Shown: positions 31,421-41,437 of the stretch, one piece after another
How the letters are laid out: each line of letters opens with the position of its first letter
Numbering within the stretch: the stretch's first letter is position 1
Source: Candidatus Bathyarchaeota archaeon
GTDB lineage: Archaea; Thermoproteota; Bathyarchaeia; Bathyarchaeales; Bathycorpusculaceae
Assembly: GCA_963717465.1 (NCBI GenBank)
Contig: OY970340.1
Span: 672,001 to 736,000, forward strand
Direction: 5' to 3'
DNA: 64,000 bases
Position numbers and translations under genes: made by a program
Notes under the pieces: generated by a model
Seen by the model: only the letters and a program-made list of their open reading frames with translations
The model's database searches: none
Told to the model about the DNA's origin: nothing

Positions 31421-31918
31421 TTGTTTGATGGCGGCGGTCAAGGGCAAATGCGCCAAAGGCTTCGTTGGGTAATCGAAAAGTTTCGACAAAAAGGAGCCAC
31501 AAGCCCTGATAAAGCCATGACTATTCAGGAACTCGAGTTGCCGCCGCGGTTTGAAGTAGCAATGCATCGTAGGCTTGGGCAGTTAGGCATTTTTGTTGAG
31601 GTAAACGGCAAATACTATTTGGATGAGGCAAAGCTTAAGCAAATTCAAGAGGAACGGGCAAAGGCAGGATATGGACGCAATAATGTAGGTGGATATGGAA
31701 GGCCAAATCAACCTTCATGGTACCGGGTTGTTGGAATTTTGCTTATGCTGCCCATCGGAATCATTGTCGCCATTGTGCTGGTTTATTTTTTTGCCTTTAA
31801 CGGCGGTTGGTTTCCAGGGGAAATTCTACTAATATTGCTGGTTATTGCGTTGATTTTAGCTGTGGCTAGACTGCTTTTATGGAGATCAAGATGGCGGTAC
31901 ATGCGTGGATACTTGTAA
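31421..31918 (+). CDS. Hypothetical membrane protein (soluble N-domain, two C-terminal TM helices)
   Basis: GGAGG RBS upstream; KFRQKGATSPDKA...GKYYLDE domain; two hydrophobic helices. Confidence 0.7.
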   Translation: MFDGGGQGQMRQRLRWVIEKFRQKGATSPDKAMTIQELELPPRFEVAMHRRLGQLGIFVEVNGKYYLDEAKLKQIQEERAKAGYGRNNVGGYGRPNQPSWYRVVGILLMLPIGIIVAIVLVYFFAFNGGWFPGEILLILLVIALILAVARLLLWRSRWRYMRGYL

Positions 31919-32095
31919 TTAATAGTGTAAGCGTGGTTTCTTAACTTAAGTGGGGCTTACTTTGACTTTTGACGGTATTAAATTGTATATTTATCGATAA
32001 TCAGTATCGGTAATTAGTAAGTATTAAATGTACTTAGGAAAAACACCAATTTAGGTGAACTCCAAGTTTAATAACTCAAACCCGGAAGTGAAAAA

Positions 32096-32314
32096 ATGAA
32101 CGAAAAATTTTTTGCTATCATGCTATTAGCTGGTGTAGTTCTCCTAATTGTAGGTTCTATCGTGGTCTTTTCCGCCATGAATCAAGTGGTCGAAAGTCCA
32201 TTCATTACAGATGTTAACAGCATTTGGAATGCTGAGCTCTATGGTTTAACAACATTAATGGCTGGAATTCTTCTAACCCTCATAGGAACCCTTAAGATTT
32301 TCAAGTACATGTAA
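32096..32314 (+). CDS. Small two-TM membrane protein
   Basis: 72 aa with two clear hydrophobic segments. Confidence 0.6.
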   Translation: MNEKFFAIMLLAGVVLLIVGSIVVFSAMNQVVESPFITDVNSIWNAELYGLTTLMAGILLTLIGTLKIFKYM

Positions 32315-32397
32315 ACTGTGCTCTTTAGATGAAAAGGCTAAACTTAGCCAATCAACACGTCCAATTTTCTACCTTTTTCAGTAATGGTTAATCTTTT

Positions 32398-32413
32398 AGG
32401 TGACTAGTCACCT
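32398..32413. promoter_or_regulatory. Perfect 16-bp palindrome, putative operator of the second nadE
   Basis: AGGTGACTAGTCACCT, about 45 bp upstream of ATG 32458. Confidence 0.5.
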
Positions 32414-32457
32414 TGGCATATAGTATAGTTTACAGAAGGCTTAGTGGGGTCTTCAAT

Positions 32458-33354
32458 ATGGAGAAATTTGAAGAATTATCTTATTCAATTGAAAATTTCA
32501 TTAAGACCAACGTTGAAAAACTGGAAAAGATGGCGCAATAATCGGGGTATAAGGGGAGGAATAGATTCTTCAGTTGTTGCTTTTCTCTGCGTTAAAGCAC
32601 TGGGCAAGGGCAAAGTTTTCGGCTTAATAATGCCTGAAAAAGAAAGCTCCCCCGAAAATATAAGAGACGCTGAAGAAATCGCAAAAATTCTTAAAATAAA
32701 ATATGAAAAAATAGACTTGACTCCCCTTTTGGAGAAGATAGGCGTCTACAAGCATATACCACCAGTTACTTTGAAGAACAAATTTTTAGTCGAAAAAAGC
32801 TTTGAAACTTATATTAAAAGCAAAGGAGGCAAAATGCTTCACAGCGCGGGCGCATTTGGCATGACAACTTCTGACCGCTTAGCTCAAAGAGTCACACAGC
32901 TACCATGTTGCCAAAACTGAGACTAAGAAGCATGCTCCTGTACTATCGCGCTACGCTGAAAAATTATCTAGTAGTTGGGACAACAAACAAAACTGAATAT
33001 CTACTTGGTCACTATGATAAGTACGGCGATGGAGCCTGCGACATAGAACCTATAAGAAAACTCTACAAGACAAATGTAAAAAAGATTGCAAGATCCTTGG
33101 AAGTGCCAGAAAAAATAATTGCAAAACCGCCAACCCATTACTTACTCGCCGGATTCGTTTTAACAGATGAAAAAATGATGGGATATACTTTTGAAAAAGT
33201 TGATCCGATACTAGCAAAAATCGAAAAAGGAGAAAACACAGAAAAAATAGCTAAGGAATCAGATATTGACATTGACTCAGTAAAAGAGTTGGAAAAAGCG
33301 ATACAGATTCAAGAAACACACAGAGAAATGCCTCTCTATCCCAAATTAACTTAA
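32458..33354 (+). CDS. nadE: Second NAD+ synthetase paralogue (frameshifted)
   Basis: MEKFEELSYSIENFIK at 32458; GGIDSSVVA, LIMPE, KLRLR, GTTNKTE, YDKYGDGACD, LYKTNV. Confidence 0.82.
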
Positions 33355-33598
33355 TATAACCTACCTTTGTTGCGCGAAAGAAAAAAAGAAGCTTTCCCCG
33401 CATTTCTTCTTCCTTTTTCTAATTTGTTTAAAATAGATTCGAATTATGACACAAATTAGTTGCAAAAAACTATCCATATGACGCGAAAAAAGCCTCGAAA
33501 ATGTAAAAAACTTATCAACAGCGAGAAATGCCAATCACTATCTATATATTGGTGTTGTTTAGAAATGCATTAAATAGAAAATAAACTGTGATGAGTGT

Positions 33599-33991
33599 AT
33601 GAGCAAGCCAGTTGATGTTGGAAGTTTACGTGTTGGAGGCTACATGATTATCGATGGCGAACCATGCCGAATAGTGGACATTGCAAAATCAAAGCCTGGA
33701 AAACACGGTTCTGCAAAAGCAAGAATAGTAGCCATCGGCGTATTTGATAATCAAAAAAGACAATTCGTCAAACCTGTCGATTTAGGAGCTGAGGTTCCAA
33801 TAATTGACAAAAGAACTGGACAAGTTTTTGCAATTAACCCAACAGGCGTCCAAATAATGGATTTAGAAACCTACGAATACTTAGACGCGCCTTTCCCTGA
33901 CGAAGAAGACCTGAAGGCTAAGCTGGTTTCTGGCGCAGAAATAGAATACTGGAAGATACTTGGCAAGGTCAAAATTGTTAGAGTAAAATAA
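33599..33991 (+). CDS. eif5a: Translation factor aIF5A
   Basis: SKPGKHGSAK hypusine motif. Confidence 0.97.
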   Translation: MSKPVDVGSLRVGGYMIIDGEPCRIVDIAKSKPGKHGSAKARIVAIGVFDNQKRQFVKPVDLGAEVPIIDKRTGQVFAINPTGVQIMDLETYEYLDAPFPDEEDLKAKLVSGAEIEYWKILGKVKIVRVK

Positions 33992-34099
33992 ACCGATCGA
34001 TTTCTTTCCAACTTTTACATCGTTCTTTATTATTCAAACACAAAGATTCGGCAGAAGATTCCATGAAAGTTTATTTCTTAGCTTATTGCTTTTTTGATG

Positions 34100-34169
34100 T
34101 TGAAGCCAATGATGCATGAAGAGCCGTCTGAATTTGTGAAGAACATTTTAATGGGGACTGAGGCTTCAA
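34100..34169 (+). ncRNA. Box C/D guide sRNA
   Basis: 8-bp terminal stem TTGAAGCC/GGCTTCAA; C ATGATGC 34109; D' CTGA 34128; C' GTGAAGA 34136; D CTGA 34158; guides of 12 and 15 nt. Confidence 0.82.
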
Positions 34170-34274
34170 AACCCATTATCTAACCAAAAACTCATCTTCT
34201 CATTATCCTGTTATTAAGTATCATTCTAGCGATTATTAATGTAAAAAAATTACTTGGGATACAGAGATATGATG

Positions 34275-35378
34275 CTAATCTTCTCTCCAATTGAACAATT
34301 TTGTTGCGGCTACAAAGAGCACAATCGTAATTATTGCAATAACGGCAATATCGATCATAGCCTGTGTATAGTTACCGTATATCATTACAGCGCTTAAGCC
34401 GTCAATTACGTAGGTTAATGGAAGGACGTGTGCTACGTATTGCAGATACAGTGGTAGAGAGGTTACAGGATAGAATACGCCTGAAAGAAGCATCATCGGA
34501 ATTAGTATCAAGTATAGTATCGTGTTAGCTGATTCGGGGTCCTTTGTTAAAGTTCCCGCTAGCATGCCTAATGCGGCGAAAAGTATCGGCCCCAAGATTA
34601 GGAATGGAATAAGCCAGACTGTTAATGAGATGTGTGCGCCGAAGACAAGTATTCCGACGGCAACCATCGGCAGGAAAGAGAGGGCATTCAAGAAAGTGCT
34701 CCATAGTGCTTTTGAGGCAAGCCATTCTGTCTTGGTTAAAGGGGTTAGCGATAGCTGTTTGAAGAGTTTTGTTTTTTTGTATTCAGATGAAACGCTTATT
34801 ATAGCCTCCATCGGGGTCAAGCATAAAGAAAGGCCGATGAGTCCGGGGACAAGAAAATCAATGTATTTGTGCACTTCGGGGTTAACCGTGGTTTGACTCA
34901 TTTCTATTATCGCTGAACCATTATAACGATTCAAGTTGAATGCGTTTATGACCCCGTTCACAGTTTCACTTACAATCGCGCTGGAGCTTGAAGCGGGATT
35001 CCCGTAAACGGTCACGTTGATAGGCTTGGCATCCTCATAACTCGAAGAAAAATTCGCAGGAATAACAATTCCGTCAGATGCCGATTGAGATGAGAGATAC
35101 TGGGCGAAGTTATCAGAAGGATTCACCAGCAATATGTGAATTGTGCCTGTGCTATTAAGAGCGTTAATGAATTGGGTTGAAACTTGACCGTTGTCTTGGT
35201 TCTGAAGGTAGACATTTACTTGTCCGGAGGAGCTTCCAGAGAAAAAGGAAAAAATAGCGCCAAAAGCGAACATCATGATTAAAGGAGAAATTAGAGCTGC
35301 AAGCAGAAAAGTCCTGCTTCTTACAACTCCAAGACCATATAAATGCAGATCACCAAAAATTCTCTTTGCGCTGGTCAT
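34275..35378 (-). CDS. ABC-2 type exporter permease
   Basis: YIDFLVPGLIG, LSLTPL, LSGVFYPV..LP, PLTYVIDGL. Confidence 0.92.
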   Translation of the reverse strand: MTSAKRIFGDLHLYGLGVVRSRTFLLAALISPLIMMFAFGAIFSFFSGSSSGQVNVYLQNQDNGQVSTQFINALNSTGTIHILLVNPSDNFAQYLSSQSASDGIVIPANFSSSYEDAKPINVTVYGNPASSSSAIVSETVNGVINAFNLNRYNGSAIIEMSQTTVNPEVHKYIDFLVPGLIGLSLCLTPMEAIISVSSEYKKTKLFKQLSLTPLTKTEWLASKALWSTFLNALSFLPMVAVGILVFGAHISLTVWLIPFLILGPILFAALGMLAGTLTKDPESANTILYLILIPMMLLSGVFYPVTSLPLYLQYVAHVLPLTYVIDGLSAVMIYGNYTQAMIDIAVIAIITIVLFVAATKLFNWRED

Positions 35379-35380
35379 CT

Positions 35381-36349
35381 TTAGTGTCTCCTTTGACCTC
35401 CATGATTGTTGTTGCCATGCTCTGCCATGATTGTTCCATGCTCATCCATCTTTCCACGCACCAACTTGACGAACACATCGTCTAAGCTATCCTCGTGGGT
35501 GTGTATTTCTCCCCAATCAAGCCCTGATTGTTTAGCTGCAGTTAAAGCTGTTAATGCATCAGTTTTTTCGCTAAGCCGTATACGGATCAAGCTTTTGTCC
35601 TTATCATATTCAACATTTAGACCCGTGTTCGCAATGATGTAATTTGCCAGATTTTCAGATGCTTGGATTTCAAGTCTTTCCCCTGAACCATGCTCCTTAA
35701 TGATTTCACCTGAAGTTCCCATCGCCATTATTTGTCCATGATCCATGATCGCTACTTCGTCCGAAAGTTGCTGAGCTTCATCCAGGTAGTGCGTAGTTAG
35801 AATTACTGTTTTCCCTTTGCTCTGCAACCCTTTTATGACTTCCCAGATTGTCCTTCTCGCGTTTGGGTCAAGTCCCGTGGTCGGTTCATCGAGAAAGAGA
35901 AGTTCAGGAGAATTCACAAGTGACAGGGCAAGCCCAACCTTTTGCTTCTGACCTCCAGAAAGATTCTCGTACAATACGCCTGCAGAATCCTCCAACAAAA
36001 CTTCATTCAGGATGTCGTCTGGATTCACTTCTATGCCGAAAAGAATTCCATAGTATTTCACCGCTTCTCTTGGGGTTGCTTTGTTGAAAAATGTAAAGTT
36101 TTGAGGTATAACCCCGATTCTTTTACGAAGCAGGTTACTGTTTTCCCAAGGATCAAGACCGAATATTTTCACGATGCCTTCGTCTCTTTTCCGTAAACCC
36201 TCCAGAATCTCTATCAGAGTAGTCTTGCCTGCACCGTTCGGGCCGAGGAGAGCGAAGATCTCGCCCTCGTCTACTGAGAAGGAAACTCCATCAATTGCTT
36301 TCAGATTACCGTAAGACTTTTTGATTGAAGAAATTTCAACTGGAAGCAT
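35381..36349 (-). CDS. ABC exporter ATP-binding protein
   Basis: GPNGAGKTT, LSGGQKQK, LFLDEPTTGLD, TTHYLDEA. Confidence 0.95.
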   Translation of the reverse strand: MLPVEISSIKKSYGNLKAIDGVSFSVDEGEIFALLGPNGAGKTTLIEILEGLRKRDEGIVKIFGLDPWENSNLLRKRIGVIPQNFTFFNKATPREAVKYYGILFGIEVNPDDILNEVLLEDSAGVLYENLSGGQKQKVGLALSLVNSPELLFLDEPTTGLDPNARRTIWEVIKGLQSKGKTVILTTHYLDEAQQLSDEVAIMDHGQIMAMGTSGEIIKEHGSGERLEIQASENLANYIIANTGLNVEYDKDKSLIRIRLSEKTDALTALTAAKQSGLDWGEIHTHEDSLDDVFVKLVRGKMDEHGTIMAEHGNNNHGGQRRH

Positions 36350-36395
36350 CCAAATGGCCTCTGATTTATTTGTCAAGTATGCCTGAGCTGTTTTA

Positions 36396-36442
36396 TTTAG
36401 GTTAGCCTAATTAATAAGCTTTTAGGTTAACCTAATTAATAA
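36396..36442. promoter_or_regulatory. Tandem palindromic operators (TTAGGTTA[G/A]CCTAA), DtxR-family-like
   Basis: 22-bp direct repeat TTTAGGTTA(G/A)CCTAATTAATAA at 36396 and 36421, each holding a 14-bp palindrome, just upstream of the ABC ATPase. Confidence 0.7.
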
Positions 36443-36623
36443 TCTTCATAAAACTTCATTTGCTTTAACAAAAATTTCAGCCGTTGTGAGATTTAAGCGT
36501 CATTCCACCAAAAAATCATAACAAACAAAAATGAAACCGTCAAAATGTGAACGTTTAATATTCTATGTTGTTGTGTAATCTTTATCTAAAAGCGCAATAG
36601 ATGTTTAAGGGCTGGAGACACTG

Positions 36624-37973
36624 ATGGCTTTAGACCGTTTAGGATCCTCACTTTACGATGCCTTAAAAAAGGTTTTTAGAGCTTCTGTAGTTGATGAGGC
36701 TACAGTTAAGGAGCTTGTTCGTGACATTCAAAGAGCTTTACTTCAGGCAGATGTTAATGTTCAACTTGTACTTGCAATATCTAAAAGCATTGAGGACCGA
36801 GCGCTGAAGGAAAATGTGCCGCCTGGCATTTCAAGACGAGAGCACGTTATAAAAGTTGTTTATGAGGAATTAACCAAATTTGTCGGCGATAAACCTGTTC
36901 CACTAAAAATGGAGCCTGGAAAAAAGAAGACTATCATGCTTGTCGGAATTCAAGGTTCTGGAAAAACCACTCAGGCCGCTAAACTTGCACGATATTTTCA
37001 GAAGAGAGGCTTAAAGCCCGCGTTAATCTGCGCTGACACTTATCGACCTGGTGCTTTCGCGCAGCTTCAACAGTTAGCAAACCGAATAAACCTACCCATT
37101 TACGGTGAACCCAACACTAAGGACCCCGTTAAAGTGGTCAGGGAAGGGTTGAAACAGTTTGATGACAAAGACTTGATAATCGTTGACACAGCTGGTAGGC
37201 ATAAGGAAGAGAAAGAATTAATCAAAGAGATGAAAGAACTCGAGAAGAACATTAAGCCCGACGAAGTTATCATGGTAATAGACGGAACCATCGGTCAACA
37301 AGCGCTTATCCAAGCGAAAACATTCCATGAAGCAACACCAATAGGCGCAATAATAGTCACAAAACTCGATGGCTCCTCACGAGGCGGAGGAGCACTTTCA
37401 GCTGTCGCAGCAACCGGAGCACCGATAAAATTCATTGGCACCGGAGAAAAAATTGAAGATATTGAATCTTTTGTTCCTTCACGTTTTGTTGGACGCCTCT
37501 TAGGAATGGGTGATTTGGAGACTCTTCTGGAAAAAGTGAAAGACGCTCAGGTGCAGGTTCCCAAAAAGAAAGCCAAGGAAATTCTCAGCGGCAACTTCAC
37601 TTTAACGGACATGTATGACCAGTTTGAAGCAGTCAAGGGCATGGGTCCATTCAGGAAAGTCCTCAAGATGCTGCCAGGAATGTCGTACGATTTACCTGAA
37701 GACATGCTTAACACTGCTGAAGATCGACTTGAAAAATGGCGCGTAATCATCCAATCAATGAGTCCTAAAGAGAAAGAGAATCCTAAACTGTTTAATTCTT
37801 CACGAATTCGACGCGTAGCTCGTGGCTCAGGAACAACTGAAAGAGACGTAAAAGACCTTCTAAAGCAATACGTGATGATGCGCAAAATGCTAAAGACATT
37901 CAAACACAAAAAGAAGTTACCCTTCGGCTTAGGCGGAATGGGCGGCAAGGGATTTCCAAAAGATTTCAAGTAG
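36624..37973 (+). CDS. srp54: Signal recognition particle protein SRP54
   Basis: GIQGSGKTT, DTAGRH, TKLDG, M-domain RIRRVARGSG. Confidence 0.98.
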   Translation: MALDRLGSSLYDALKKVFRASVVDEATVKELVRDIQRALLQADVNVQLVLAISKSIEDRALKENVPPGISRREHVIKVVYEELTKFVGDKPVPLKMEPGKKKTIMLVGIQGSGKTTQAAKLARYFQKRGLKPALICADTYRPGAFAQLQQLANRINLPIYGEPNTKDPVKVVREGLKQFDDKDLIIVDTAGRHKEEKELIKEMKELEKNIKPDEVIMVIDGTIGQQALIQAKTFHEATPIGAIIVTKLDGSSRGGGALSAVAATGAPIKFIGTGEKIEDIESFVPSRFVGRLLGMGDLETLLEKVKDAQVQVPKKKAKEILSGNFTLTDMYDQFEAVKGMGPFRKVLKMLPGMSYDLPEDMLNTAEDRLEKWRVIIQSMSPKEKENPKLFNSSRIRRVARGSGTTERDVKDLLKQYVMMRKMLKTFKHKKKLPFGLGGMGGKGFPKDFK

Positions 37974-37982
37974 GCTTAACTG

Positions 37983-39311
37983 ATGGATGTTTTAGAAAAA
38001 GCGTTTGAGCTTCTCAGCACACACCCTCTATGCGACAATTGCCTTGGAAGACAATTCGCATCACTTGGTTACAGCATGGAAAACAACATTCGCGGAACAG
38101 CAATAAAAATAAGCTTAACCATGCAAACAAGCGACTTAGCACAAACAAAAACAACTGAAGCTACCAAGCGCCTTAAAATTTTAGCAACAAATGGCTTTTC
38201 AAGAGAAGCTCAAGAAACCCTAAAGCACATGAAAAAAAAGGTTCCAAAAACAAGTACTGACTGCTTTTTGTGCGAAGGCAAGTTTAAGCTAATTGATAAC
38301 ATGCTTCCAAAATCTTTAGCTGCCCTAGCAAATTATGAGTACTCCACCTTTTTGGTTGGCATAGAGTTGCCCATGAAAGTAGAGGAGCGGGAAGATGAAC
38401 TTAAAGCCCAATTTAACCTTTGCTATGGAGAAAGCATTAGACATGAATTTGGGCGATTGTTCGGAAAAGCCTTAGCTGAAAAGACGGGCAAAGAAGTTGA
38501 TTATCTAACGCCTGATATCGTCGTGGTTATCAACCCTTTTTCTGAGAACTTTAGACTTCAGGTCAACCCCCTATTTGTTGCTGGTCGATACCGTAAACTT
38601 GTCAGGACTATTCCTCAATCAAAATGGTTCTGTTCAAACTGCCGTGGAAAAGGCTGCGAAAAATGCGGTGGAACCGGCAAACTGTATCCTGAATCCGTGG
38701 AAGAGTTAGCTTCAAAGCCCCTGCTTGAGGCTGTTGAAGGAGAAAAAACTGCTTTTCACGCTTCTGGAAGAGAAGATATTGATGCTCGGATGCTAGGTAC
38801 GGGTCGACCATTCGTAATTGAAATTTCAAAACCCAAAAAACGATTTGTTGATTTGAAAGAAATTGAAGCAGCCATAAACGCAAATGCTGTTGATAAAGTC
38901 AAAGTTTCACGTCTGCATTTTTCGAGCAAGAACGCTGTTAGACGACTAAAAAAAGGTGAGGGCGCACAAAAAGAGTATCGGTTGCTTGCTAGCTTCGAAT
39001 CTGACGTTTCAGATGAAGGCTTATGTATGTTAGAGGAAAAGCTCAGCGGCTGTTCAATCAAACAACAAACGCCCTTACGCGTTCTGCATAGAAGGGCAGA
39101 TTTAACCCGAGAAAAGTACATATATAAGGTTAAAGTTAAGAAGGTGTCACCTAAAAGGGCTCTGTTGGAAATTCGTTGCCAAGGCGGCCTTTACGTTAAA
39201 GAATTGGTGTCTGGAGATGAAGGTAGAACCATACCAAACGTTTCGGATTTGCTTGGAAACAGAGCGAAGACGCTTAAACTTGATGTTTTAAACGTTATAA
39301 TTGATGATTAA
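37983..39311 (+). CDS. pus10: tRNA pseudouridine(54/55) synthase Pus10
   Basis: LCDNCLGRQF, GRYRKLVRTIPQ, FHASGREDIDARMLG, GGLYVKELVSGD. Confidence 0.96.
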   Translation: MDVLEKAFELLSTHPLCDNCLGRQFASLGYSMENNIRGTAIKISLTMQTSDLAQTKTTEATKRLKILATNGFSREAQETLKHMKKKVPKTSTDCFLCEGKFKLIDNMLPKSLAALANYEYSTFLVGIELPMKVEEREDELKAQFNLCYGESIRHEFGRLFGKALAEKTGKEVDYLTPDIVVVINPFSENFRLQVNPLFVAGRYRKLVRTIPQSKWFCSNCRGKGCEKCGGTGKLYPESVEELASKPLLEAVEGEKTAFHASGREDIDARMLGTGRPFVIEISKPKKRFVDLKEIEAAINANAVDKVKVSRLHFSSKNAVRRLKKGEGAQKEYRLLASFESDVSDEGLCMLEEKLSGCSIKQQTPLRVLHRRADLTREKYIYKVKVKKVSPKRALLEIRCQGGLYVKELVSGDEGRTIPNVSDLLGNRAKTLKLDVLNVIIDD

Positions 39312-39325
39312 ATGGTGAATGTTGA

Positions 39326-39622
39326 ATGAGAGGTTCAAAAGGATATTACGCTGGAACTCGTAGTCTATTAAAGAAACCTAATCGAGAAAAAGGTAAACCA
39401 CAGATTAGCAAATTACTGTATGAATATACTCCAGGCTCTCAAGTAATTATAAAGATGAACTCTAGCGTACAAAAAAGCATGCCTCACAAACGTTTTCACG
39501 GAAAAATAGGCAACATAGTCGAAAAGCGGGGTCGAAGCTACGTGGTAAGCGTGGCCCAAGGCAACGCAGTTAAGGAAATCATTGTTCGATCCGAGCATCT
39601 TGAACCTTACAAGGGTAGTTGA
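39326..39622 (+). CDS. rpl21e: 50S ribosomal protein eL21
   Basis: SKGY..GTRSLL, MPHKRFHGKIG, VRSEHL. Confidence 0.96.
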   Translation: MRGSKGYYAGTRSLLKKPNREKGKPQISKLLYEYTPGSQVIIKMNSSVQKSMPHKRFHGKIGNIVEKRGRSYVVSVAQGNAVKEIIVRSEHLEPYKGS

Positions 39623-39626
39623 GAAA

Positions 39627-39965
39627 ATGAGCAAGAGAGAATTAAGCGAAAGCCGCTTGACGCTGCCCCAAGTAAAAAAAGCCTTGGAATCCATAGGCGA
39701 AGAAAACTTGGACCAGTTTCAACGCAGAACCCTTGATTACGTTAGCAAGTTTTCAAAAATTAGCCCTGAAAAAGCAGAAGAACTCAAGGAAAAATTTGTG
39801 AAGGAATACGAACTTGATGAAGTTGAGGCTGTCCAAATCTTAAATTGCATGCCTGAAACAGTTGACGAATTACGCGTTTTTCTAGCCGGCGGACGCAAAA
39901 TCATTGAAACATCAAAATTAGCCACTATAGTTGCACTTTTGAATGAGAATAAGACGCTTAAATAG
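39627..39965 (+). CDS. rpoF: RNA polymerase subunit F (Rpo4)
   Basis: QRRTLDYVSKFSK, AVQILNCMPETVDELR; position between rpl21e and DUF655. Confidence 0.92.
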   Translation: MSKRELSESRLTLPQVKKALESIGEENLDQFQRRTLDYVSKFSKISPEKAEELKEKFVKEYELDEVEAVQILNCMPETVDELRVFLAGGRKIIETSKLATIVALLNENKTLK

Positions 39966-40042
39966 CCTCCGAGCAACTAAGTATTTTTAAGCAGTAAATG
40001 CCAATAGAATACAGGTAGAATACAGGTTAGTGTGGCAGTTTA

Positions 40043-40609
40043 ATGGAAAAACGATATGAGGAATACGCTTACGTACTAGACTTCTTGCAACATGGGAAGC
40101 CAGGCCTGCATCCGACTGGACGAGCAGGATACCGAGCTGGAGCTCTAATTCAATGTGTAGGCGAAGAATTCTTCACCATTCTGGAAGCCCTTGTGAAAGA
40201 AGGCTTAATTCTAAAGCCAGGTGACCGCGTTTACGTGGGGAAAGATTCACGCGAAGAGGTAACCTACATCATCGGACGCATAAATTTTGAAGAATTAACT
40301 GCCTCAGCGAAAGCGGAGCTTTCAAGCGTTATTAACCGTATAGTGTTGAACCGTGAGGCATGGTTTGTACACTTCTTTAATACTTCACAAGCTATTACTC
40401 CCCGAATGCATGCGCTAGAACTGGTTCCTGGCATTGGCAAAAAGTACATGTGGCAAGTAATCAACGAACGCACTAGAAAACCCTTTGAAAGCTTTGATGA
40501 CTTGCAAAAGCGCACAGAACTACCCAATCCATCAAAGTTGATTACCAAAAGGGTTATGGAGGAGCTTGAGGGCGACAGTAAATATCGTTTATTCACGCGT
40601 GCGCAGTAA
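40043..40609 (+). CDS. DUF655 family protein
   Basis: EEYAYVLDFL, GEEFFTILE, ITPRMHALELVPGIGKK. Confidence 0.92.
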   Translation: MEKRYEEYAYVLDFLQHGKPGLHPTGRAGYRAGALIQCVGEEFFTILEALVKEGLILKPGDRVYVGKDSREEVTYIIGRINFEELTASAKAELSSVINRIVLNREAWFVHFFNTSQAITPRMHALELVPGIGKKYMWQVINERTRKPFESFDDLQKRTELPNPSKLITKRVMEELEGDSKYRLFTRAQ

Positions 40610-40618
40610 GGTTCAGAG

Positions 40619-41437
40619 ATGACCCTTGAGGAAACGAAGCAGCTGCTTCGAACTTACCGAATTACACCGAACAAGCTTCTTGGCCAAAACTTCATGGTTG
40701 AACCAGCATTTTACCCAAAACTATGCAATTACGCTTCACTAAACGATTCTGATGTTGTGCTTGACGCCGGCGCAGGCTTTGGTTTTTTAGCACGTTTCAT
40801 GGCGGCAAAATGTAAAACGGTAATCGCAGTTGAGAAAGACCCACAAATTGCCAATGCATTGCGTGAACAACTAGAAAACGTTAGCAACGTGGACATTATA
40901 GAAGGAAATGTGTTGAAAGTCAAGCTGCCCGCGTTTAACAAGGTCATTGCTATTCCCCCTTACTACTTATCCTCTAATTTGATAACATGGCTTATTGAAA
41001 GCACTATTGCTTGTTCCGTTTTGATTTTGCAAAAAGAATTTGCTCAAAGACTTATTGCACCCATTGGAAGTGAGGATTACAGTTGGCTAACAGTAGTCAC
41101 CTACCAAAAGGCTGAAGTGGACCTTTTCGACAAGGTTTCGAAAGCATCGTTTTATCCTCAACCAGAAGTCGATTCAGTAATTGTGCACCTAAAACCATGG
41201 AGCAAAACACCATTCAAAGTTAATGACAGCAGCTTTTTTAGGCGAATGGTTAAATGGCTTTTTACGCAACGAAACAAAAAACTCAACAATGCACTTGCCC
41301 CATTTGCCAAAAATGAATTTAAAATTGACAAAATAGAAGCAAAAAGAATAGTTGATAATCTTCCTTTCCAAGATAAACGCGTTAGAGACCTTTCACCTGA
41401 AGATTTTGGAGCTATTGCCAATGCCCTCAGTCGTTAA
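40619..41437 (+). CDS. rsmA: 16S rRNA adenine dimethyltransferase RsmA/KsgA
   Basis: LGQNFM, DAGAGFG, LQKEFAQRL, FYPQPEVDS, FTQRNKKL. Confidence 0.93.
   Translation: MTLEETKQLLRTYRITPNKLLGQNFMVEPAFYPKLCNYASLNDSDVVLDAGAGFGFLARFMAAKCKTVIAVEKDPQIANALREQLENVSNVDIIEGNVLKVKLPAFNKVIAIPPYYLSSNLITWLIESTIACSVLILQKEFAQRLIAPIGSEDYSWLTVVTYQKAEVDLFDKVSKASFYPQPEVDSVIVHLKPWSKTPFKVNDSSFFRRMVKWLFTQRNKKLNNALAPFAKNEFKIDKIEAKRIVDNLPFQDKRVRDLSPEDFGAIANALSR

Noticed and set aside
40005..40026. TAGAATACAGG tandem duplication before DUF655
   Set aside because: Only two copies of 11 bp; probably local slippage with no further support
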